From assembly GCA_965656495.1 (NCBI GenBank), contig CBFHKU010000001.1:146781-210780 (forward strand): a stretch of DNA of 64,000 nucleotides, written 5' to 3'. The stretch comes from Coraliomargaritaceae bacterium. Lineage in GTDB: Bacteria > Verrucomicrobiota > Verrucomicrobiia > Opitutales > Coraliomargaritaceae. Below are positions 28,488 to 41,373 of the stretch, in pieces (within the stretch, counting starts at the first letter, position 1; every line of letters begins with the position of its first letter). Position numbers and translations under genes: made by a program. The notes under the pieces are model-generated. The model had not been told where the DNA came from. It saw only the letters and a program-made list of their open reading frames with translations, and did not search any database.

Positions 28488-30871
28488 TTCTGGCTTGGGT
28501 TTGGGCGTCCCAAATTGAGGTAGGCGATGCCAAGGGTGGCAAGCGAACTGGATGGCATGAGGACGGCGGCCAAGAGCGGGTGCATCCAGCCGACGAGGCA
28601 AATGCTGACTGCCGCGACATTATAAACAACCGCAGTCGTGAAAATGCTTGCGACGGTCAAGCGTCTCCGACGGGCAGTGTTGAAGAGCTCGGGGAGGCCC
28701 CGCAAGCTGCGTCCGAAAAAGAAGAAATCGGAAGCGGGTTCTAGGATGCTTTGTTCTGCGACGGGGGTACCGCGACAGATGGCATGCTTGAATGCGAGGC
28801 GGTCGTTTGCGCCGTCACCAATCATGAGGGCGGAATCGTGTGCGTGGTTTTGGATCCAGTCTGCTTTGTCCTTTGAACTGCAATCGCCGAATGCGGCGTG
28901 AGCGGGAAGATTCAGGGCGCTGGCAACGCCTTGCACGCGGGCGTCGATATCGCCGCTAAGGATCACCGTTTCCAGATGCATCCTTTTGAATTGGCGGGAT
29001 GCTTCGAGGGCATCGTCCCGGACATCTTCAGCGAAATCAAATCCGGTAATAAAGGTGCCATTTTTGCGCAGGACGGCACGATGGGCATGGTGATTTTTGG
29101 CATCCGGGGTGGCTTCCCACTTGGCTTGCCCGAGGGTCCAACGGTTTTTGTCGGGATCCTGCCAGGCGAGTCCCCGTCCGATGTATTCAGTGACGTCTTC
29201 TGCGGCGGGCGGGATGTTCGGTTTTCCGCGCTGGGCGAGGAGAACTTCACGCAGCGATCGTGTCAGGGGGTGGGGGTGTCGATCCACCATCACAAAAAGG
29301 GCAAGTAGGGCGGTATCATCGAGTTGATGGAGATCGAGTTCATTGAGGAGTCGTGGGGTGGAGAGGGTGAGGGTGCCGGTTTTGTCAAAGATCACGCATT
29401 TAACCTGGCGCAGACGTTCCCAGATGTTGTTGGACTTTATGTAAAGACCGAGCTTACGCAGTCGGGCATTGGCAAAGGTGTCGCACAAGGGGAGAGCTAC
29501 GCCGAGGGCGCAGGGGCAGGAGACAATAAGGACCGAGGTGAGTACCTGTAGGGCGAGGAGGAGTTCGCCGGTAAATGCGACCCAAGCGAGCCCCCCGAGG
29601 AAGGCGATGCCAAGTACCGCCAAAATATAATATTTGAGGATGGCTTGGAGGCGTTTATTTTGAAACTGGGGTTCCTTGTTTGCGAGGAGGGTGAAGAGGG
29701 TGCTGTCGCGCCAGTTTTCGCGTGCCTTGAATGCGGGGCGACCCATGCTCAGGTTAATGGCTCCGGCAGGTACAATTTTATTGCTTGGCCAGAGGACGGG
29801 ATGGGGTTCGCCGGTAATCCACTCCATGCTCAGGGAGGCGGCGGGGTCGAGTAATTCAGCTGCCACCGGATTAATTCCACCGGGCTCAATGCTATAGACT
29901 TGTCCGGCAGTTAAGGTTTCGACCGCAACCCGTTCTCCGTCTCTGGGGCCTCCTAGGAGAATGACATCTTGCAAATTCTGGTTTTGTTTTCGGAGGATGG
30001 CATGATTGCGCTCGAGGGTATGTTCCTGAAGCCAGCGCCCCACGAGCATGAGGAAGACGAAGGTGGAGACAAAATCGAAATAAATGAGGGAGGTGTAACC
30101 AGTGGCCCAGCCCACCAGCGATCCTGTATAGGCGGCGAGCAGGCCTAATGAAATAGGGAGGTCGATATGCAGGACATGGCATAGGAGGGATTGCCAGGCT
30201 CGTTTAAAAAAGTAACCGCCGCCAATAATGATGCTCAATGTAGCAAAAAAGGCCCCAAGCATATGGAAGAGTGGGCTCAGGAAAAAATCACCGCCCATCC
30301 CAAGATAACCGGGCAGGGTAAAAAGCATGGTATTGAGGAGGAGGAAGGCACAGATTCCCAACCGGCTAGCAAGCTGGTGGCTTTGGGGTCGTTGCTCGGT
30401 TTCTGCATCAAGGGGCGCAATGCGGTAGCCCAACTGCCGGAGCGCCAGACCAAATTTTTCAATTTCAAAAATCTCGCGCCGCCAGATGAGGAGCACCTGC
30501 CCGGCTTGCGAATCAATTTTTATGTCAATCGCGCCGGGTTCGCGTTTATAGACCGCATCAATCAACCAAACGCAAGCGAGGCAACTGATGCCTTCGAGTC
30601 GAAACTCCCCCCGCACGATTTCGTTTTCACTTTTTTGTTGGAGAGTTCTTTGGGCGGATTTAATGGCGCGTTGTTCGGTTTGACTGAAGACGGAGGCTCC
30701 GGCGGGTGGGAGGGTAGCCTTACCTCTTATTTGGTAGAATTGGTCGAGGTCATTATCATGAATGACGTTCCAGACGAATTTACAGCCGCGACAACAAAAG
30801 CGTTCTTCCGTGGTGGCGGAAAAGGGGGTGCCGCAGTGGGCGCAATCGGTAAGCTGAGTGGTGCGGCTCAT
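28469..30871 (-). CDS. ccoI: CcoI/FixI-type heavy-metal P-type ATPase
   Basis: CAHC and FCCRGC, CLAC, CPC, DKTGT, GDGAND. Confidence 0.9.
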   Translation of the reverse strand: MSRTTQLTDCAHCGTPFSATTEERFCCRGCKFVWNVIHDNDLDQFYQIRGKATLPPAGASVFSQTEQRAIKSAQRTLQQKSENEIVRGEFRLEGISCLACVWLIDAVYKREPGAIDIKIDSQAGQVLLIWRREIFEIEKFGLALRQLGYRIAPLDAETEQRPQSHQLASRLGICAFLLLNTMLFTLPGYLGMGGDFFLSPLFHMLGAFFATLSIIIGGGYFFKRAWQSLLCHVLHIDLPISLGLLAAYTGSLVGWATGYTSLIYFDFVSTFVFLMLVGRWLQEHTLERNHAILRKQNQNLQDVILLGGPRDGERVAVETLTAGQVYSIEPGGINPVAAELLDPAASLSMEWITGEPHPVLWPSNKIVPAGAINLSMGRPAFKARENWRDSTLFTLLANKEPQFQNKRLQAILKYYILAVLGIAFLGGLAWVAFTGELLLALQVLTSVLIVSCPCALGVALPLCDTFANARLRKLGLYIKSNNIWERLRQVKCVIFDKTGTLTLSTPRLLNELDLHQLDDTALLALFVMVDRHPHPLTRSLREVLLAQRGKPNIPPAAEDVTEYIGRGLAWQDPDKNRWTLGQAKWEATPDAKNHHAHRAVLRKNGTFITGFDFAEDVRDDALEASRQFKRMHLETVILSGDIDARVQGVASALNLPAHAAFGDCSSKDKADWIQNHAHDSALMIGDGANDRLAFKHAICRGTPVAEQSILEPASDFFFFGRSLRGLPELFNTARRRRLTVASIFTTAVVYNVAAVSICLVGWMHPLLAAVLMPSSSLATLGIAYLNLGRPNPSQNYTVRE

Positions 30872-30872
30872 G

Positions 30873-31043
30873 TCAGGGATTCACGGAAGTGGTGCGGCTG
30901 TTTTGCTCGAGGGGGATGGGGTCGGATGGCGTTTTTTTGGCGAGCCGGATTGTAAACGCCCATGCTGCGATAACGAAAAGGAAGGCCAATATAACGGGAA
31001 TCCAGAGCGTCCAAGCCGAGGTTTTTTTAGGGCTATTTTCCAT
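30873..31043 (-). CDS. Small single-TM protein (FixH/CcoH position)
   Basis: One TM helix, located between ccoG and ccoI. Confidence 0.55.
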   Translation of the reverse strand: MENSPKKTSAWTLWIPVILAFLFVIAAWAFTIRLAKKTPSDPIPLEQNSRTTSVNP

Positions 31044-32439
31044 GGCTTGGAACTTGGGTTTTAGGGCCAAGGAATTCGGCTTTACGGGTGATGCTGGAGG
31101 CGGGGTTTAATTGCCGGACCGTGATTTCCAGCGGGAATTGCCCGTGATAATCGGCGGCCTGAACAGAGACTATGATTGGTTTTACCAGTTCTCCCATCGG
31201 CGGAACCTCCACCGGTTCAGAGGCGCCCATCACGCTAAAGGGGTGGTCTGCCTGTACGCTAAGGTTATAAGCCTTGGGGCTGTTGGTCTTGTTGATGACG
31301 CGAACCATGTATTGGTTGCGATAGCCGTCCTCGGTTTGGTAGTAAGGTGGCCCCGCCATGCGCACGATATTCATATTCATGCCATGTAGGTGGAAGGCGG
31401 AGAGGGTGAGCACGGTGGCACCAAGGAGAAGGAGGGCGGCGTAGAGGAGAATGCGTGGCCGGATGATGCGCCGGGCTTTGCCCGCCAGTCCATTGAGGGA
31501 ATCATAGCGAACGAGCCCCTTGGCACGGCCGAGTTTCTCCATGATCGCGTCGCAGGCGTCCACGCAGTTTGCACAGGCGATACATTCCATTTGGAGGCCC
31601 TGCCGGATGTCGATCCCGGTGGGGCAAACCTGAATGCAACGCCTGCAATTCACGCAATCGCCAAAGCCGGAGCGGGTAGCGGGACCCGGCGGGTTGCCGC
31701 GCTCGTTGTCGTAGCCTATGATAATGGAGTCGTCATCAATCAGGGCGCTTTGGAGGCGTCCATAGGGACAAATAATGAGGCACAATTGCTCGCGGAACCA
31801 GGAGAAATTAAAATAAAGGATGGTGCTTGCGATACAGATGAAGAGAAAGGCATCCCAGTGCTCGAGTGGGCTGTGCTGTATCCAATTGTAGAGCTCCGGC
31901 ATAGAAATGAAATATGCGAGAAATATATGCGCGATGAAAATGGAAAGCAGGGCAAAGGAGGTGTGCTTCAGGCAACGTTTGCGAAGTTTCTGCGGACTCA
32001 TTGGAGCCTGGTCGAGTTTACGACGTGCCTGCGCGTCACCTTCAATCCAGCGTTCAATTCGCCGAAAGACTTGGTCGAGGAAGACCGTTTGAGGGCAGGC
32101 CCAACCGCACCAAAGCCGTCCGAAAAGTGCGGTTAGGAAGAAAAGGGAAAAGCCGAGGCCGGTGATGACAAAGTAGGTCATCCAGAAATCCTGCGCGGCA
32201 AAGGTCAGTCCCAAAATGTGGAAACGCCGGTGTGCGATGTCGAGAAAGAGTGCGGGGTGCCCCTGGATGGGAATCCATGGAAGCACCACAAAGAAAATGA
32301 TCAGGAGTAGTCCGACGACGCGTCGCCAAAGGGTATAGGGGCCACGGACATCGGCGGGGTGCAGGAAGAAGCGGGAACCGTCTTGGTTGATTGTGGTGAC
32401 GGATTCGCGGATGGGGGACAGCTTCTTGTTATCTTGCAT
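31033..32439 (-). CDS. ccoG: Cytochrome c oxidase accessory protein CcoG
   Basis: GRLWCGWACPQT, REQLC..CPYGRLQ, two 4Fe-4S Cys motifs. Confidence 0.95.
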   Translation of the reverse strand: MQDNKKLSPIRESVTTINQDGSRFFLHPADVRGPYTLWRRVVGLLLIIFFVVLPWIPIQGHPALFLDIAHRRFHILGLTFAAQDFWMTYFVITGLGFSLFFLTALFGRLWCGWACPQTVFLDQVFRRIERWIEGDAQARRKLDQAPMSPQKLRKRCLKHTSFALLSIFIAHIFLAYFISMPELYNWIQHSPLEHWDAFLFICIASTILYFNFSWFREQLCLIICPYGRLQSALIDDDSIIIGYDNERGNPPGPATRSGFGDCVNCRRCIQVCPTGIDIRQGLQMECIACANCVDACDAIMEKLGRAKGLVRYDSLNGLAGKARRIIRPRILLYAALLLLGATVLTLSAFHLHGMNMNIVRMAGPPYYQTEDGYRNQYMVRVINKTNSPKAYNLSVQADHPFSVMGASEPVEVPPMGELVKPIIVSVQAADYHGQFPLEITVRQLNPASSITRKAEFLGPKTQVPSHGK

Positions 32440-32456
32440 GTAGCGCTTGCTTGCGG

Positions 32457-33041
32457 CTATTGGTTGGGCGCCGCTTCCATGGTTTTGCGGTCATTCTTGC
32501 TCAGGATATAGCTGACGACTTCGGCAATGCGCTTTTGTCCAAGGAGACTGCCCCATGCCTGCATACCCTTTTCGGGGACCCCGTTGAAGACGGTCTGATA
32601 GATGCTCGCGGGTGCGGCACCATGGACCCATTCGGCATCGACGAGGTTGAATCCGATGCCGCCGGTGAGGTCGGCGTTATGGCAGGCAACGCAATTGGTT
32701 TGGTAGGTTGCTTCGCCGGATTGCACAATGCTCTTACTGCTGGCCATTTCCCAGAAGCGGTCGTTGTCCGTGACATCAATTGAATTGGCGAGCCGGAGGG
32801 ATTGAATGGCTGCCATGCGCGCTTCCATTTCCTGATGGGTCTCACCTTCATAGCTCTTGATATCGAGCATGAGCCAGTAGATCGCAGAAAAGAGCACCGC
32901 CCCGAAAAGTGTTAGCAACCACCAACGTGGGAGGCGTTGGTCATATTCGTAAATGCCGTCATGGCTGTGGGGTTTTAAAACGACGCCCTTGGGGAGTGCT
33001 TCCTTGTGGAAATCGGTTTTTTGGTGTTCGTCTTCCTTCAT
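32457..33041 (-). CDS. ccoP: cbb3-type oxidase subunit III (monoheme)
   Basis: H.HDGIYEYD..LPRWW and a single CVACH. Confidence 0.9.
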   Translation of the reverse strand: MKEDEHQKTDFHKEALPKGVVLKPHSHDGIYEYDQRLPRWWLLTLFGAVLFSAIYWLMLDIKSYEGETHQEMEARMAAIQSLRLANSIDVTDNDRFWEMASSKSIVQSGEATYQTNCVACHNADLTGGIGFNLVDAEWVHGAAPASIYQTVFNGVPEKGMQAWGSLLGQKRIAEVVSYILSKNDRKTMEAAPNQ

Positions 33042-33043
33042 TG

Positions 33044-33226
33044 CTACTTGTGTTTTGAGTTGGTTGGGGCTTGGTCCTCGAGGGGAAGATTTTCCAGATG
33101 TTTGAGCTTCTCCTTTTTCATGAAGCAGGCTCGCAGAATGATCGCGAGAAAGACAGCGAAGGTGAGCCAAAAGGAAAGTTCCGGGATCGCTTCGGTCCAG
33201 TTTTCAAAGATGACGCGTTTGAACAT
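33044..33226 (-). CDS. ccoQ: cbb3-type oxidase small subunit
   Basis: One TM helix plus LPLED; located between ccoNO and ccoP. Confidence 0.75.
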   Translation of the reverse strand: MFKRVIFENWTEAIPELSFWLTFAVFLAIILRACFMKKEKLKHLENLPLEDQAPTNSKHK

Positions 33227-33255
33227 AATGGTGAGCTTAGTGAGTGGATGTGGTG

Positions 33256-35616
33256 CTATTGATCGTTGATTTTGGCGACTTTGAGGTCTTGGTAGGTTCC
33301 GAGTTTTTGAAGGTAAGCGATGAGTGCTACGATCTGCTTGTCGGGTTCGACCACCGCGCCTTTTTCGGCGAGTCGCTGGACGATTGCTGCGGCCTGAGCG
33401 TCAACCTGAGCTTGAATCTCTTCTTCTACGGGTTTGTCGTAGCGGACACCAAGACGGCGCATGGCGTTGATCTTGGGAACGAGTTGCTCGACCTTGGTGC
33501 GTTTGGTAAAGAGCCAGGGATAATTCGGCATGTTTGACCCGGGCGAGATATCGCGCGGGTTGAGCATATGGAAGTAGTGCCAGTCATCGGAACGGAGGCC
33601 ACCCTCGCGGGCAAGGTCGGGGCCGGTGCGCCGGGAGCCCCACTGGAAGGGGTGGTCATAGATCGACTCGCCTAGACGGGAGTAGTCGCCGTAACGCATG
33701 ACGTCCGGCACCATGGTTCGGATCATCTGGGAATGGCAATTGTAGCAGCCTTCGGTCACATAGATATCACGACCGGCGAGTTCGAGCGGAGTGTAGGGGA
33801 CTTGTAGGCGATCCTCGACGTTGTGGGCGCGCTGCATCGTAACGGTCGGGATAATCTGAATCGCGCCTCCAATCGCAGCGGCGATAATCACGAGAACGGT
33901 AAAGCCGAAGCTGTGTTCAAGGAGTTGGTCGTGCCAGGTGCTCCACTTGATTTTGCCAATATCAAAATGGGCGTAGGCAATGACGCAGACCGTAATGCTG
34001 GCGGCGACGCTTATTATGAAGCCCAGATCATTATTGCCTCTCGTGAAGATTGCGCAAATGACAGTGAGAATGAGGGCGCTAGCATAGATGATAGGGGCAT
34101 TGAAAAAGCTGCTGTAGTTCTTGTGCGGCTCCCATTCTTTGGAGGGATCGACCTCGACCGTCCCGTTGACCGGCGAGCCTTTCATAGCGGTGCGGGCAAC
34201 ATTGTATGCGAGGAGGACAAAGCCCGTGAAATAAAGGAGGCCGCCGAAGAAGCGGAAAAGCATCATGGGCCGAATCGACTGGAGGGTCTCCAAAAAGTTG
34301 GGGTATTGCAGGAGGGTGCCGTCGGCGTTGGTGCCGTTGAGCATGAGGCCCTGCGTGATTCCGGAGACCCACATGGAGGCGATGTAAAGCAGGATGCCAA
34401 CCATCCCGAGCCAGAAGTGCAGGTTGGCGAGGCCCTGGGAGAAGAGTTTGGTATTCCAGAGTCGCGGGGCGAGCCAGTAGAACAAGCCCGCCGCCATAAA
34501 GCCGTTCCAGCCGAGGGTGCCGCCGTGGACGTGTCCAATTGTCCAGTCGGTGTAATGCGAGAGGGCGTTGACGGATTTGATCGACATGAGGGGACCCTCG
34601 AAGGTGGCCATCCCGTAGAAGGTAACGCCCGCTGCAAAGAATTTAATAACGGGGTCGGTGCGGAGTTTATCCCAAGCGCCGCGAAGGGTGAGGAGGCCGT
34701 TTAGCATGCCACCCCAAGAGGGCGCCCAGAGCATGAGGGAGAAGAGCATCCCGAGGGACTGCAGCCAGTTGGGGAGGGCGGTATTGAGTAGGTGGTGCGG
34801 GCCGGCCCAGATATAGATAAAGACGAGCGACCAAAAGTGAATTACTGAGAGCCGGTAGGAATAGACCGGCCGGTTGGCGGCCTTTGGCACGAAATAATAC
34901 ATGATCCCGAGAATCGGGGTGGTCAGGAAGAACGCCACGGCGTTGTGACCATACCACCATTGAACGAGGGCATCCTGCACACCGCCAAAGAGGGAGTAGC
35001 TGTGGGTAAAGCTCGTGGGGAGCGAGAGGTGGTTGACCACGTAGAGCATGGTAACCGTGACGATGGTAGCGATGTAGAACCAGATCGCGACATAGATGCT
35101 GCGCTCGTTACGCTTCGCGAGGGTCCAGAAAAAGTTTGCGGCGAAGACGAGCCAGATGACCGCGACCATTAAATTGATGGGCCAGATGAGTTCGGCGTAT
35201 TCTTTGCCCCGGGTGAAGCCGCATGGAAGGGTGATGGCGGCGCAAATGATAATAAACTGCCAACCCCAGAAATGGATGCGGGTTAGGAGGTCGCTGGCAA
35301 GACGGGCCCGGCACAGGCGTTGGAGGGAATAGTAAACCCCCGCAAACATCATGTTGCCGACAAAGGCAAAAATGGCAGCGTTGGTGTGCAGGGGCCTCAA
35401 GCGGCCAAATGTCAGGAACTCCACCCCCTCGCTTTTAAAGGCTCCAAAGCTGATCCATTCCAGAAACTTCCCGTTCATCTGCCAGAAGTTCAACTGGGAG
35501 GCGATCACAACCCCCACCAGTAAACCCACAATGGAGAAGATAATGGACGCGATCATGAAATGGCGCACGCAGGCATCATTGTATTCGATCGTTTCGGTTT
35601 GGTTCTCGGTATTCAT
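33256..35616 (-). CDS. ccoN: Fused cbb3-type oxidase subunit I/II
   Basis: GRLRPLHTN, WWYGHN, GPHH, GHVH, then EGCYNCHSQMIR and WGSRRTGPDL. Confidence 0.96.
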   Translation of the reverse strand: MNTENQTETIEYNDACVRHFMIASIIFSIVGLLVGVVIASQLNFWQMNGKFLEWISFGAFKSEGVEFLTFGRLRPLHTNAAIFAFVGNMMFAGVYYSLQRLCRARLASDLLTRIHFWGWQFIIICAAITLPCGFTRGKEYAELIWPINLMVAVIWLVFAANFFWTLAKRNERSIYVAIWFYIATIVTVTMLYVVNHLSLPTSFTHSYSLFGGVQDALVQWWYGHNAVAFFLTTPILGIMYYFVPKAANRPVYSYRLSVIHFWSLVFIYIWAGPHHLLNTALPNWLQSLGMLFSLMLWAPSWGGMLNGLLTLRGAWDKLRTDPVIKFFAAGVTFYGMATFEGPLMSIKSVNALSHYTDWTIGHVHGGTLGWNGFMAAGLFYWLAPRLWNTKLFSQGLANLHFWLGMVGILLYIASMWVSGITQGLMLNGTNADGTLLQYPNFLETLQSIRPMMLFRFFGGLLYFTGFVLLAYNVARTAMKGSPVNGTVEVDPSKEWEPHKNYSSFFNAPIIYASALILTVICAIFTRGNNDLGFIISVAASITVCVIAYAHFDIGKIKWSTWHDQLLEHSFGFTVLVIIAAAIGGAIQIIPTVTMQRAHNVEDRLQVPYTPLELAGRDIYVTEGCYNCHSQMIRTMVPDVMRYGDYSRLGESIYDHPFQWGSRRTGPDLAREGGLRSDDWHYFHMLNPRDISPGSNMPNYPWLFTKRTKVEQLVPKINAMRRLGVRYDKPVEEEIQAQVDAQAAAIVQRLAEKGAVVEPDKQIVALIAYLQKLGTYQDLKVAKINDQ

Positions 35617-36017
35617 TTTATTGATACATGTTTGGGGGTTTCATCCCGGAGGGGTTGAAGGGCATCTTGTTCCGCGTAGCGCTGCTTGGACTTGCGTTGC
35701 TGGTACACAAAACTGAGTAGGAAAAGCCCCGCTAAAAGTAGGCTCAAATACACCGTTAAATGCAGAATATGCATAATTTTATAGTTATATAGTGATTAAT
35801 AAATCTAATATACCCTACATTGTAGTGGGTAAATAACCGAATCAACTGCCATTTTATATTTTTAATAATGATAAATTATGCTTATTTTAGCATTACCTTT
35901 TCTAATGCATGCCTCAAAAAGCTGACCGAGACGCAAAATTCGGAGCTATATGAGAGGGAGTTTAGAAATAGGCTTGCAGTGTGGGCGTGTACTTGCACTG
36001 TTAGCAAATTCTGAAAT

Positions 36018-36094
<77 letters not shown>

Positions 36095-36451
36095 TTTCAA
36101 CTGGAGGCCGTTCGGTGCAGGCTGGCACTGTTCCACCGGTAACGTTCCGCATCCAGCGCTGCCACCCCCGTTCCATTTGCACCGGGGCGGTCGCAGCCCT
36201 CAAAATAAACCCGCTGCCCAGATTTGCCCGCACTTGCCGAGCGTTCATCCCTCCGGCTCAAATACCGCTTCGTAAATGACGGCTTGCATTTTTTAAATTT
36301 CTCTTATTTACTCCCCGTCCTTATCAACTGTAATTATTCCGCGCGTGGGTAAAAATCGCTTTTAAATCAAAAATTTTAAAATTGGATACCGTTCAATTCT
36401 GAACGCTCAGGGCAAGGAAGCAGGCCGATAGAAATAAGATAGAGTTAAAGT

Positions 36452-36829
36452 ATGAATACCAAAATGTATGTAGGGAATCTCTCATTTGATGCGGGGTTCG
36501 AAGATATCAAAAGCCTGTTTGAGCCTCATGGAGGCGTGGAAGACGTGTTTATTGTTAAAGATCGTGAATCAGGCCGCCCCCGCGGTTTTGCATTCGTAAC
36601 CATGGACACGAAAGAGTCGATGGAAGCAGCGATCAATGCCCTGAACGGCGAAGAATTCATGGGTCGTCCGCTCGTTATCAACGAGGCGCGTCCCCGTGAA
36701 GAGCGTCCCCCGCGCAGCGGCGGTGGCGGTGGCGGCGGTCGTGGCTTCGGCGGTGATCGTCGTGGCGGCGGCGGTGGTGGCCGTCGTGACTTCGGCGGCG
36801 GTCGTGACCGCGGTGGCCGGGATTACTAG
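36452..36829 (+). CDS. RRM RNA-binding protein with Gly/Arg-rich tail
   Basis: RNP2 MYVGNL, RNP1 [14 protein letters not shown]. Confidence 0.95.
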   Translation: MNTKMYVGNLSFDAGFEDIKSLFEPHGGVEDVFIVKDRESGRPRGFAFVTMDTKESMEAAINALNGEEFMGRPLVINEARPREERPPRSGGGGGGGRGFGGDRRGGGGGGRRDFGGGRDRGGRDY

Positions 36830-36862
36830 TCTCGGTCTCAGTTTATAGAAACAAACCTTTTC

Positions 36863-36894
36863 AAAGGAAGCCCCAAACGGGCTTCCTTTTTTTA
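36863..36894 (+). terminator. Intrinsic terminator
   Basis: aaaggaagccc-caaac-gggcttccttt followed by a T-run. Confidence 0.8.
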
Positions 36895-36915
36895 TGCCCG
36901 GTGAACAGGAGACAT

Positions 36916-36950
36916 AAAAAAAGCCCCCGCCGGTAAACCGGTCGGGGGCT
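36916..36950 (-). terminator. fusA terminator
   Basis: A-run plus agccccc...gggggct hairpin. Confidence 0.75.
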
Positions 36951-36978
36951 GGAGTAAAAAGGGCTTAAACCCGAGGTG

Positions 36979-39090
<2,112 letters not shown>

Positions 39091-39316
39091 GGTGCGTTTT
39101 TCGGTTTAGTGATAAATTGTAGTTTTAAGAGATCCAAAATACCGGATCCCCTTTAATGTTTCAGGTGCAAAAAGAGGCGGAGATTAGGGCTGAATTCAAA
39201 TTCTGCAAGTCCGGAAAATGAGAGATTTTCAAATCGCCGGGTAGGGATTGGGCTGCGCTTTTGGTTTGCCCCCATCCCATAGAAGCCTTCTTCTGGCAGA
39301 CTTAGCAAATTCAAGC

Positions 39317-40903
39317 ATGGCTCAGGCAATTAAAATTTATGACACCACCCTCCGTGACGGCACGCAGGGTGAAGGCGTTTCCTTCACCGTGGCGGCGAAA
39401 TTGCGCGTCGCGGAAAAACTCGATCAATTCGGGGTGGATTACATTGAAGGCGGTTGGCCCGGTTCCAATCCGCGCGACATGGCTTTTTTCGAGGAAGCCC
39501 GAAAGCTCCAGCTCAAACACGCAAAAATCGCGGCTTTTGGATCGACCTGCCGCGCGAAGGTGGACGCCGCCGAGGATCCCCAGCTGAAACTCCTTCTGGA
39601 TGCCGAAACTCCGGTGGTTACGATCTTCGGTAAATCCTGGCTCCTGCACGTTACCGAGATCCTCCGCACCACCGCGGAGGAAAACCTGCGCATGATTGAA
39701 GACTCGGTCCGTTTTCTCACCGAGAGCGGGCGCGAAGTCATCTACGACGCGGAACATTTCTTCGACGGTTATTGCGACAACCCCGAATACGCCCTGCAGA
39801 CGCTTGAGGCGGCGCAACGCGGCGGCGCGGTGAACCTCACGCTCTGCGATACCAACGGCGGCAAGCTCGTCGGCGAGGTGCAAACCATCGTGGCGGCGGT
39901 CGTGGCACATTTTCCCGATACCCCGGTGGGAGTGCATTGCCACAACGACTCCGGCCTTGGGGTCGCGGTTTCGTTGGCGGGAATCGAGGCGGGCGCGACC
40001 CTCGTGCAGGGAACCGTCAACGGTGTGGGCGAGCGCAATGGAAATGCCAACCTTACCACCATCATTCCAAACCTCGCCCTCAAGATGGGCCGCACCCTCA
40101 ACTGCGGTTCGCAACTCCAGAAAATCCGCGACCTGTCCCTCTTTATCGATGCGATGGCAAATCGATCCTCCGACACCAAGGCGCCCTTCGTGGGAGCGAG
40201 TGCCTTTGCGCACAAGGGAGGCGTGCACGCCGATGCCGCCGCGAAGGTCAAGCGCAGCTACGAACACATCGAGCCGGAGCTCGTGGGCAACCGTACCCGT
40301 ATCCTGGTCTCCGATATGTCCGGACGCAGCAGCATCATGATGAAGGCGAAGGAAATCGGGGTGGAGGTCGATCCCCGCGCGCCGGAAATGAAGGACTTCC
40401 TCGCGCAACTCAAGGAGCTCGAATTTAAGGGTTACGAATACGAGGCCGCCGATGCCTCCTTTAAGCTGCTCCTCGCCCGTTTCCTCAAGGGCAAGCAAAC
40501 CGATTTTGATCTCGTCAGTTACCGCGTCATGGTGAGCCGTGCCAGCGGCAAGGGCGAGGTTTCTTCTGAGGCGACCGTGCATTTGCGGATCAATGGCGAA
40601 GATCACCACACTGTGAGCGAAGCCAGCGGCCCGGTGGATGCCCTTGGGCACTCGCTCAGCAAGGCCCTTGCTCCGGTCTTCCCTACAATTTCCGACATCG
40701 AACTGGTGGACTACAAGGTCCGTATTCTTGAGAGCCAACACGGGACCGATGCGATCATCCGCGTGCAAATCGAGACCCGTGACAACAAATCGGGCGAGAC
40801 CTGGGGGACGGTTGGAGCGAGCGACAATATCATCGAGGCGACCTGGCAGGCGCTGGTCGATGCGGTCGAGTTCAAACTCCTGCGCGACCGCGAGGGCGCC
40901 TAA
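39317..40903 (+). CDS. cimA: Citramalate synthase
   Basis: DTTLRDGTQGEG, GGWPGSNP, YDAEHFFDG, HCHND, AHKGG, DYKVRIL. Confidence 0.92.
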   Translation: MAQAIKIYDTTLRDGTQGEGVSFTVAAKLRVAEKLDQFGVDYIEGGWPGSNPRDMAFFEEARKLQLKHAKIAAFGSTCRAKVDAAEDPQLKLLLDAETPVVTIFGKSWLLHVTEILRTTAEENLRMIEDSVRFLTESGREVIYDAEHFFDGYCDNPEYALQTLEAAQRGGAVNLTLCDTNGGKLVGEVQTIVAAVVAHFPDTPVGVHCHNDSGLGVAVSLAGIEAGATLVQGTVNGVGERNGNANLTTIIPNLALKMGRTLNCGSQLQKIRDLSLFIDAMANRSSDTKAPFVGASAFAHKGGVHADAAAKVKRSYEHIEPELVGNRTRILVSDMSGRSSIMMKAKEIGVEVDPRAPEMKDFLAQLKELEFKGYEYEAADASFKLLLARFLKGKQTDFDLVSYRVMVSRASGKGEVSSEATVHLRINGEDHHTVSEASGPVDALGHSLSKALAPVFPTISDIELVDYKVRILESQHGTDAIIRVQIETRDNKSGETWGTVGASDNIIEATWQALVDAVEFKLLRDREGA

Positions 40904-40956
40904 GCGGCTCACTCCGGGCCGCGTATACGCTCCCTGTGGCAGGGTTTCGCAGGGCA

Positions 40957-40985
40957 CAAAAAAGCCCCTCTGTTTGAGAGGAGCT
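40957..40985 (-). terminator. Terminator downstream of tatA
   Basis: aaaaaagcccctct...agaggagct. Confidence 0.55.
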
Positions 40986-41028
40986 GTAATTCATCCGGGC
41001 GCGGTGTCGAATCGCGCGATGCCCTTGG

Positions 41029-41355
41029 CTAGGCTTCGGGTTTCTTTTCTCCAGCCTCGGAAGGAGCGGGCTCATCGGCGGCTTCGCTGGGGAGGCTTTG
41101 CTCGACCTCGGGAGTGGATGCGGTGACTTGACCGGCGGCAGGTTTGGCTTCCACGGTGGGCTCTTCATCCATGGCGGTGCGGATGTCGTCTTCGATTTCG
41201 GAAGTGGCTTTTTTGAATTCGCGGATGGATTTTCCGAAGGAGCGGAACAGTTCGGGGAGTCGTTTCGCTCCGAACAGCAGGAGGACGACGAGGAAGATGA
41301 GAATAATCTCAGGTGCGCGGAGATTCTGCAAGAAGGCAAATGTAGAGAGATTCAT
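41029..41355 (-). CDS. tatA: Twin-arginine translocase TatA/E
   Basis: LLLFGAKRLPELFRSFGKSIREFKKA. Confidence 0.93.
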   Translation of the reverse strand: MNLSTFAFLQNLRAPEIILIFLVVLLLFGAKRLPELFRSFGKSIREFKKATSEIEDDIRTAMDEEPTVEAKPAAGQVTASTPEVEQSLPSEAADEPAPSEAGEKKPEA

Positions 41356-41373
41356 GATGGGATGGGTTTTGGA

